Below are positions 39,435-46,140 of a stretch of 46,140 nt of DNA, one piece after another (position 1 is the first letter of the stretch; every line of letters begins with the position of its first letter). The position numbers and the translations under genes were made by a program. The DNA is taken from positions 1 through 46,140 of the IMG/VR virus record IMGVR_UViG_2693429508_000014; one strand, given 5' to 3'. The notes under the pieces were generated by a model. It searched no databases. It saw only the letters and a list, made by a program, of their open reading frames with translations, and had not been told where the DNA came from. This DNA is from a virus (lineage: Duplodnaviria; Heunggongvirae; Uroviricota; Caudoviricetes).

Positions 39435-39962
39435 ATGATGCACTTAAAGAACATAAAAGCGGGTAACGCTAAAACGCCGGAACAGTATGAGTTAACAAAG
39501 AAGCACAGAGTCATCTGGCTTTACGCTGAAGACGGGAAAAACTGGTATGAGGAAGTGAAGAACTTTCAGCCAGATACAATAAAGATTGTTTACGACGAAA
39601 ATAATATTATTGTTGCCATTACCAAAGATACCTCAACGCTTAATCCTGAAGGTTTCAGCGTTGTCGAAGTTCCTGATATTACCGCCAACCGACGTGCTGA
39701 TGACTCCGGGAAGTGGATGTTTAAGGACGGAGCTGTGGTTAAGCGGATTTATACGGCAGGCGAGCAGCAACAACAGGCCGAATCACAAAAGGCCGCGTTA
39801 CTTTCCGAAGCTGAATCAGTCATCCAGCCGCTGGAACGCGCTGTCAGGCTGAATATGGCAACAGACGAGGAACGCACACGACTGGAAGCATGGGAACGCT
39901 ACAGTGTTCTGGTCAGCCGTGTGGACACTGCAAAACCTGAATGGCCACAAAAGCCCGGGTGA
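39435..39962 (+). CDS. tfa: Tail fibre assembly protein
   Basis: 175 aa starting [23 protein letters not shown]; start overlaps the fibre stop. Confidence 0.8.
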   Translation: MMHLKNIKAGNAKTPEQYELTKKHRVIWLYAEDGKNWYEEVKNFQPDTIKIVYDENNIIVAITKDTSTLNPEGFSVVEVPDITANRRADDSGKWMFKDGAVVKRIYTAGEQQQQAESQKAALLSEAESVIQPLERAVRLNMATDEERTRLEAWERYSVLVSRVDTAKPEWPQKPG

Positions 39963-39968
39963 AAACCA

Positions 39969-39990
39969 AGGCCCGAACGCCAGGCCTTTT
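39969..39990 (+). terminator. Weak putative terminator after tfa
   Basis: AGGCC-(9 nt loop)-GGCCT hairpin followed by TTTT. Confidence 0.3.
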
Positions 39991-40098
39991 GCGAATACAC
40001 CGGCATGCCAGAGTGGAAACAAATTGCGACGCACCAGTCCGTGCACATTTCTGACCGGGCAGCTATTCCAGAAAACAGCAGACAAGAGAGGTACAGAT

Positions 40099-40842
40099 AT
40101 GTGGTTTCCGGCAAAACTGATGCTTCCGACAGGTAATATCACCCCCATAACATGTTCAGCTATGGCCGTACATCCGTGGGATGTTGAAGCGGGGCACATT
40201 ACGCCAGACGGTGCGTATTTAAGCCCCGTCAACGCAATAAACCACCTTAACAGCAAACTCCCGGGCCTGACCGAAAACAGCGATATCGCCATCATAATGG
40301 TAACAGGCAGCAATAATAATGATTTTATTCGTCAACTGTCAGCACTGGCAGACACACTCCCTTTACCCACTCTGACGCAGACGCTAAGACGCGCAAGAAC
40401 ACAGCTCACCCAGGCAATCACCAGAATGCAAATCCCGGCGACACCACAGAACGGACTACCCGCTCCGCAACCACTTATTGCCAGCACACTACAGAACAGC
40501 ATCAGTAACCACACCGCGCTTAACGCTATGAAGGCCGAAGGGCTGAACTCTGTCGACTCACTGAAAAACGCGTTATCCGGTTTTCAGGCACAACGTCAAC
40601 GGTTGCAGCAACAGATAATCGCTGAACTGGCAGGAGCAGGCGATAAAGTGGCAAAAGCATTTGCGTTCGTGCACACCGGCGACGCCGTTTTAGCCCGCCG
40701 GGAAATGATGAAAAATATTCCGCACCCCACAGCTTCACTGACATATGCACACCTGTTCGCAGGCGATCTTTCCGGGATGCTGAACTGGATAACGAAGGCA
40801 GAAAATGAGCCAGAACACGACAACGCCACTGCTGGCCCTTAA
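40099..40842 (+). CDS. Hypothetical protein (248 aa) between tfa and the tail genes
   Basis: ATG at 40099 with GAGAGG Shine-Dalgarno 8 nt upstream; preferred over the ORF-track start at 39904, which overlaps tfa. No recognisable motif. Confidence 0.5.
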   Translation: MWFPAKLMLPTGNITPITCSAMAVHPWDVEAGHITPDGAYLSPVNAINHLNSKLPGLTENSDIAIIMVTGSNNNDFIRQLSALADTLPLPTLTQTLRRARTQLTQAITRMQIPATPQNGLPAPQPLIASTLQNSISNHTALNAMKAEGLNSVDSLKNALSGFQAQRQRLQQQIIAELAGAGDKVAKAFAFVHTGDAVLARREMMKNIPHPTASLTYAHLFAGDLSGMLNWITKAENEPEHDNATAGP

Positions 40843-41371
40843 TGGTCAGATAATCCCGCTAAAACGCTTAAGTGTCAGCGTGAAGCTGACCATCAAAGAC
40901 AAAGACGCTTCCGGAAAATCCTCATCAACAGCGACTTCAGAACAGGGTGTAAAAGCCAAGGAGCTGCAGATTTCCGGACTGATTCCGTTCACCCAGCCGG
41001 AAGCACTCACACGCTTATTTCGTCTGGCTGAAGCCAGAGCCGCTAACGGTGCACAACAGGTTTACCGCATCGCCAACATGGATGCCAAAGCGGTCAATAT
41101 GAAGCAAGGGATTTTTTCCGGTGCCGTGGGCGCAACTCCTGAAACAGGCCTGATGGCATGGAAAGTTGACTTCACTCTGAAAGAAAAACTCAGCAGTGCC
41201 GAAAAGGCGACAGGACGCGGCCCGGCTGGCAGCCAGAGTGCTGAACAGCACGCACAGGCCGTCAAATCAGGTGGCAAAGGCGAAAAAAACGAAGAGCATG
41301 GCTGGTTCTGGAAAATGTCAGACAAACTCAATAACTGGATAGGCCCGGCAGGCAATGAAACCAATTCGTGA
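40805..41371 (+). CDS. Tail protein, gpU-like
   Basis: 188 aa. WKVDFTLKEKLSSAEKATG resembles gpU ...KIDFTLSLTRVDESLAALYG as recalled; upstream of the gpD-like gene. Confidence 0.4.
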   Translation: MSQNTTTPLLALNGQIIPLKRLSVSVKLTIKDKDASGKSSSTATSEQGVKAKELQISGLIPFTQPEALTRLFRLAEARAANGAQQVYRIANMDAKAVNMKQGIFSGAVGATPETGLMAWKVDFTLKEKLSSAEKATGRGPAGSQSAEQHAQAVKSGGKGEKNEEHGWFWKMSDKLNNWIGPAGNETNS

Positions 41372-43043
41372 TCTCTGCATTAACGGCAGGCGTTATCCTG
41401 TCGTGGAAGAAAACATCATGTTGCGTCTCAACGGCGCGGGAACCGGCTTTATCACCATTAACGCCGCCGACAATACTCCCCCGCTACGCGGCAAACCCGT
41501 AGAGCTGTCCATCGGTTACAATGATCAGCCTGTAAAGTGGTTTTCGGGATATGTGGAAAGTGACAGTTGTACAGGCAGAGGGCTGCACAAGCTGATGGTG
41601 CGCGAAGCTGCTGCTATTCTGCAATACCCGCTCAACATCTCCATGCAGCATCCGACGCTGAAACAGGTCGCAGGACACATTGAAGGCAATACAGGTTTAC
41701 GCATACAACTCCCGAAGGCAGGCTACACCACCACTCCGGTCCCTCATCTGACCCACAATGGCAACGGTTATCAGCTGATGGCCATGCTTGGCCGCATATT
41801 CAGTATCCCGGATTACGTCTGGTATCCGTCGGTTGACGGCATCATCTACGCCGGAAGCTTTGCTGACTGCCGTTTTGCAAAACGCCCTGCCAGATTGCCG
41901 GTCGATATCACCAGAGGTGATCACGGAGCAAATGGCTGGACAATACAGACGATTCCCATGATGCGCCCCGGCGTGGTCATGAACGATCACCGTATAAATC
42001 AGGTACAGCTACAGGGCGACAGCATGATCATTAGCTGGAGTGATGGCCGTCAGTCGCCCGTACAACGCCAGATCGAAACCCTTTACCCCGAGATAGGCAA
42101 CAAAACCCACCTTCCACGCATGGGACGCGTGATCTCACCAACTGAAAACACAACCCAGGGGGATTTGCATGATGAATTTCGCCCACGCTACGCCGTCAAT
42201 GTGCAGTTGCTCGACGAGAACGGCACCCCCGATAAGAACACACCGGTATATAACGCCGTCCCCGTTCCTGTGCCAATGGCCGGCAATGAATCCGGGATAT
42301 TCCAGTACCCGCCCCCAGGAACCATAGTTACACTGGCCCACGTTGACGGCAGGCCGGATAAACCCATCATCACCGGCACTCACGCCAGCGGCCAGAGTCT
42401 GCCGGGAATAAAGCCCGGCGAACAACTACAACAGCAACGCGCAGAGGTATTCCAGCGTGTGCATACAGATGGCACATGGCAGCGTGAAACCGATCAGGTT
42501 ATTCGTGAGAAATCCACCGACCGCATCATCCAGAACACAACGGAAACGCGCACCAGTACCACTCGTAATATTACCGTAAAGGCCAACAACACCATAACGG
42601 TGCTCGGCACTCATAAGCTGATGAGCGGCCACATACAGCACATCGCAGACGGTGACTATGCCGTAGCCGCCACGAAGAAACTGATACAGCACGCCGACAG
42701 CGCTGAACTCGACGTTACTCACCAGTGGCAAACCAGCACAGAAAGCACCACCCACAATGTGGCGAAAACGCTGGAAGAAAAGATTGGCCGGATTAAAAAA
42801 TCCGTCGCTGGCCAGATGCAACAGATCATCGCCCCGCAGGTCTGGTTTGGCAGCAATACCATCAACACACTTAACCTCATGCTGGATCTTTGCGACACCG
42901 TTCAGCAACTGGCGCAGCTCACCGCACAACACACTCATACCAACAACGGGTCGTCACAGCCCACCAACAGCGGCAGCATAGACACGGTGGCATCAATGGC
43001 AGGCAACCTGAAAGCGAAGTACAGTACCGTGATTAAGCAGTAA
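41355..43043 (+). CDS. Tail / baseplate hub protein, gpD-like (gp27/VgrG-like N-terminus)
   Basis: 562 aa. N-terminal GKPVELSIGYNDQPVKWFSGYVESDSCTGRGLHKLMVREAAAIL follows the hub-family pattern; last tail gene before the junction region. Confidence 0.45.
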   Translation: MKPIRDLCINGRRYPVVEENIMLRLNGAGTGFITINAADNTPPLRGKPVELSIGYNDQPVKWFSGYVESDSCTGRGLHKLMVREAAAILQYPLNISMQHPTLKQVAGHIEGNTGLRIQLPKAGYTTTPVPHLTHNGNGYQLMAMLGRIFSIPDYVWYPSVDGIIYAGSFADCRFAKRPARLPVDITRGDHGANGWTIQTIPMMRPGVVMNDHRINQVQLQGDSMIISWSDGRQSPVQRQIETLYPEIGNKTHLPRMGRVISPTENTTQGDLHDEFRPRYAVNVQLLDENGTPDKNTPVYNAVPVPVPMAGNESGIFQYPPPGTIVTLAHVDGRPDKPIITGTHASGQSLPGIKPGEQLQQQRAEVFQRVHTDGTWQRETDQVIREKSTDRIIQNTTETRTSTTRNITVKANNTITVLGTHKLMSGHIQHIADGDYAVAATKKLIQHADSAELDVTHQWQTSTESTTHNVAKTLEEKIGRIKKSVAGQMQQIIAPQVWFGSNTINTLNLMLDLCDTVQQLAQLTAQHTHTNNGSSQPTNSGSIDTVASMAGNLKAKYSTVIKQ

Positions 43044-43987
43044 GTTTACAGATGAGAAGAGGTGCACAGGCAGCCCGGTTTACCGCTCAAGAATCATGCC
43101 ACAAAATACAGACAAATAAGCCTTTCGTGAAATTATTCATATATCAATAAATTTCATTCATCGAACCAGACGAAAGCCCGTCGCGACGGGCATTCCCCCA
43201 GAAAAACACCCCCCACCAGACGCGCTGTATCGCATTCTGCGACATGCTTTAAGCAAATAAACGCGCGAGTCCCCCTGAATTCAGCTCGTAACGCCTGAAA
43301 GCGTACACGCACGCTACGTGGATATTTCACGGCATGATGAGCCCAACACACGGCACGGGCGCAAGCCCCCCGCGCTTGCACTCTTTACGATAAAAATTTT
43401 TTGCCAAATAAATTTGTGCAAAACGACACTCCAGACCGCGCCAGCACTGGCGCTTTACAAAAAAGCCATCTGGCACAAAGTGTCAAAGATTGCCAGGCTT
43501 TGCCAGATTAACGTTAAAAAAGGATCTGACAGGAAAATTAACCATATGAAAAACAAAACCATTTTTTGTTTTCGTCATTTTAAAGGATCTGAATGCCGCC
43601 AAAGTGCCACATACAGGAACCACATAACACAATGAAATAAAAGGTAAAAATAAAACATTGGACAAGGATCGTTTTGGCGCAGCGTTACACAGTTTCACTG
43701 TGTAACTATTTTCAGGCGCAAGCAAAAACCGCTCACGAAAGCAGCGACAAAAGCGGCAAAATTTTAACTTTCGCGGAGAACCGAACGGGTGACGTGAAAC
43801 TTTACGTAGCAGAGAAGCGGGAAATCAGTAGAATAATCGCGGGTGCCTTTCGGCTGATGGTCGGAGGGAATACCCGAAGGCCGGATGTGGAAAGGCCCCG
43901 GAAAACATTTCTGTTTAACCGAGGCCCTAACATATCTACCTTAAGCAAGTGATAGGTTAGCGCCTCTCCAACAAAGGAGCAAGCGCT

Positions 43988-44128
43988 ATGTCGCAAAAAT
44001 CGCTTACGGCCATCACGTTCTGCGTGACGGCAATCCTCATCATCTGGATGCTGCACGGTTCGCTGTGTGAAATACGGATGAGCTTCTGGGGAGCGGAGTT
44101 TGCGGCGTTCTTACAGTGTAAACAGTAA
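43988..44128 (+). CDS. hok: Hok/Gef-family type I toxin (46 aa)
   Basis: Not in the ORF track (under 60 aa). Translation MSQKSLTAITFCVTAILIIWMLHGSLCEIRMSFWGAEFAAFLQCKQ has an N-terminal transmembrane helix and the family hallmark SLCEIR...AAF. AAGGAG Shine-Dalgarno 8 nt upstream. Confidence 0.75.
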   Translation: MSQKSLTAITFCVTAILIIWMLHGSLCEIRMSFWGAEFAAFLQCKQ

Positions 44129-44214
44129 GGAAACCGCGACGGGGGAGCAATCCCCCGTCAATCGGTTGCTAAGGTTGGCTGAAGTGGCACCCTATCTCAC
44201 AGACGTGAACAACA

Positions 44215-44248
44215 AACCCGCAGCGTAAGAACTGCGGGTTTTCTTTTT
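44215..44248 (+). terminator. Rho-independent terminator at the 3' end of the hok-like transcript
   Basis: CCCGCAG-(loop)-CTGCGGG hairpin followed by TTTTCTTTTT. A second GC hairpin (CGACGGGGG..CCCCCGTC) lies about 60 nt upstream, consistent with a hok mRNA 3' fold-back element. Confidence 0.5.
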
Positions 44249-44316
44249 GGAACTATCACTAGCTAGTGTACCGTTAACGGCACATAATGCTCGCACAACA
44301 AACCTGTTAAAAGAGA

Positions 44317-44598
44317 TTACTCAGCATTCTCCTGCTTCCATTGCCGGATCATTTCATCGGTAACATCACCCTCATAACATACCACGTCATACCCTCCATT
44401 ACGGCTATATGCACTGCGTCCACCACATCTACTACCATTCCTTGCATGATTATAAGGACACGCACAATTGCCTGGATAAGATTCAATGGATTCTTTAATT
44501 ATTTCTTTTTTGATCTGAGCATCAGACTTTCCTGTTGCTGCATATCCACTAAAAGATACTAAACAAAGGCAGATTGCCATTAATAAACCACATCGCAT
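44317..44598 (-). CDS. Small secreted Cys-containing protein (93 aa), AT-rich
   Basis: Signal-peptide-like N-terminus MRCGLLMAICLCLVSFSGYAATG, four Cys in the mature part, roughly 40% GC. The ORF-track start at 44712 was replaced by the internal ATG at 44598. Confidence 0.5.
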   Translation of the reverse strand: MRCGLLMAICLCLVSFSGYAATGKSDAQIKKEIIKESIESYPGNCACPYNHARNGSRCGGRSAYSRNGGYDVVCYEGDVTDEMIRQWKQENAE

Positions 44599-45071
44599 AC
44601 CGATACACTCTATTACTAACCAATCATAGCCCACATCATAAAATCGAGATGAGGAGTACAATACCTTTAACAAGAAGGTGTCATAACGATAATATGTCGT
44701 GCAATTCATCAAAAAAAAGATCTATATCAAAGAGATAGAACTCTTATCAGTGCTTCAGACATCGGCATTCGAGGCAGCAGAAAAACAGTAAATCTGACGA
44801 ATTTGCCTTTTCCCAAGATGTTGTCAGATTAAAAAAGATAGATTAGCGCAGGTACCTGTTGGTGGATTGCAGGAGGAAAAATGAAGTCGAGTGGAAAAAT
44901 CCCAAAAAAATTTTTGTTTAACAGAGGTCCTGGTTCACTATGCGAAATACGGAGGAGCTGCAGAAGAATTCTGCTTCATCCTTAGAGTTTAAACAGCACG
45001 TGCACTACCATTGTTTCTGCATATCGCCACACCATCGCCACTCTACCGCCATTGCACAAAATACAAATACG

Positions 45072-45094
45072 AAAAAACCACCCGAAGGTGGTTT
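45072..45094 (-). terminator. Rho-independent terminator of the tRNA operon
   Basis: On the minus strand a GGTGG/CCACC hairpin followed by T6 lies about 45 nt downstream of the tRNA-Leu 3' end. Confidence 0.55.
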
Positions 45095-45137
45095 CACGAC
45101 ACTGCTTATTGCTTTGATTTTATGCTTATCTTTCCCA

Positions 45138-45224
45138 TGGTACCCGGAGCGGGACTTGAACCCGCACAGCGCGAACGCCGAGGGATTTTAAATCCCTTGT
45201 GTCTACCGATTCCACCATCCGGGC
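45138..45224 (-). tRNA. leuZ: tRNA-Leu (anticodon UAA)
   Basis: 87-nt type II tRNA on the minus strand; anticodon loop GATTTAAAATC; ends with encoded CCA; matches E. coli leuZ as recalled. Confidence 0.9.
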
Positions 45225-45236
45225 TCGGGAAGAAAG

Positions 45237-45310
45237 TGGAGGCGCGTTCCGGAGTCGAACCGGACTAGACGGATTTGCAATCCGCTACATAACCGCTTTG
45301 TTAACGCGCC
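45237..45310 (-). tRNA. cysT: tRNA-Cys (anticodon GCA)
   Basis: 74-nt tRNA on the minus strand; anticodon stem-loop GCGGATTGCAAATCCGT; encoded CCA. Confidence 0.9.
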
Positions 45311-45364
45311 AAATTCTTCAGGCCTTTCAGCCAGACATCCGCTTGACGCCGATGTCTTTTAAAC

Positions 45365-45440
<76 letters not shown>

Positions 45441-45591
45441 ATTCATCAAGCAATCAGTTAATCACTTGATTTTATTATCGTCTGGCAATCAGTGCCGCCG
45501 TTCGATGCGTTGCATTCTACTTACCTGGCGCGATGAGTCAACGATATTTTTCACCACTTTTGATCGTTTGCTGAAAATTACGCCGAAACGA

Positions 45592-46140
45592 TCACTGATC
45601 AAGCAAATCTGCACGCGCAGCGCTCAAATATTGCAACATTGACCACAGAGTCAGTACCGCAGCCACAAAGAAAAGTGCAATACCGGCGTACTCAACCCAA
45701 ATGTTCGGACGCCACAGCAGCCATGCCAACGCCACCATCTGGGCAGTGGTTTTCACTTTCCCAATCCAGGAGACAGCCACGCTACTGCGTTTACCCAACT
45801 CCGCCATCCATTCGCGTAGCGCAGAAATAATAATTTCACGGGCGATCATCGTTGCTGCCGGTAAGGTCACCCACCAGCTGTGGTAATGCTCGGTTACCAG
45901 CACCATGGCGATAGCCACGAGAACTTTATCTGCTACAGGGTCAAGGAAAGCACCAAACCGGGTACTCTGGTTCCAGCGGCGTGCCAGAAAACCATCGAAC
46001 CAGTCAGTCACCGCCGCGACGCAGAAAATGAGCGCGGCGGCAAACGGCGACCAGGTGACAGGCAGATAAAAGACCAATACAAAGAATGGGATAAGGATGA
46101 CACGGAACAGTGTAAGCAACGTAGGGATATTAAATTGCAT
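45592..46140 (-). CDS. pgsA: CDP-diacylglycerol--glycerol-3-phosphate 3-phosphatidyltransferase
   Basis: 182 aa starting [26 protein letters not shown], with the CDP-alcohol phosphotransferase motif D-x2-DG-x2-AR...G...D...D ([27 protein letters not shown]). Conserved pgsA-glyW-cysT-leuZ arrangement. Confidence 0.95.

Noticed and set aside
37210-40099. Gin/Pin/Hin-type DNA invertase gene expected beside the convergent tfa genes
   Set aside because: No frame in the window encodes a serine-recombinase N-terminus (MLIGYVRVST-like), so an active inversion switch cannot be claimed.
39904-40842. 312-aa version of the unknown gene starting inside tfa
   Set aside because: The upstream start overlaps the tfa 3' end and a terminator-like hairpin; the internal ATG at 40099 has a strong ribosome-binding site.
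43940-44060. mok-like overlapping reading frame upstream of hok
   Set aside because: Neither alternative frame overlapping the hok start contains an ATG, GTG or TTG start before its stop, so no mok gene is called.

Overview
This 46.1 kb window is a scaffold of an Escherichia-like enterobacterial chromosome, dominated by prophage DNA and broken by three N-marked joins (29432-29440, 32766, 38966). Gene order across those joins should not be trusted. All protein identifications are from my own reading of the supplied translations and recalled family motifs; no database search was run. (1) Positions 1-29431: the left ~29 kb of a P2/HP1-type myovirus prophage. It carries a P2-family integrase, an AT-rich cargo cassette, a repressor/Cox-like switch, an early operon with a Dam-family adenine methyltransferase, a gpA-type replication initiator, an Ogr-type late activator, the head module, tail completion, putative sheath and tube, a lysis cassette, a frameshifted tail chaperone, tape measure, baseplate genes and a tail fibre gene cut by the gap. 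(2) Positions 29441-38965: a lambdoid host-range region with a lambda J-like protein (5' partial), a second diverged copy of the J 3' end, lom (one truncated, one intact), a mosaic stf, tfa, and a convergent inverted tfa plus fibre C-terminal segment. (3) Positions 38967-43043: a second allele of the P2-type fibre C-terminus, tfa, an unknown 248-aa gene, and gpU-like and gpD-like tail genes. (4) Positions 43044-46140: a low-coding junction with a Hok/Gef-family type I toxin gene, an AT-rich gene for a small secreted Cys-containing protein, the tRNA-Leu/Cys/Gly cluster (leuZ-cysT-glyW) and pgsA. The most interesting candidates for undescribed biology are the AT-rich cassette between integrase and repressor (membrane-anchored protein plus overlapping Zn-ribbon and BRCT-like small ORFs), the translationally coupled ASCH / Dam / DUF4406-like / GcrA-like operon, and the hok-like locus beside the tRNA cluster.
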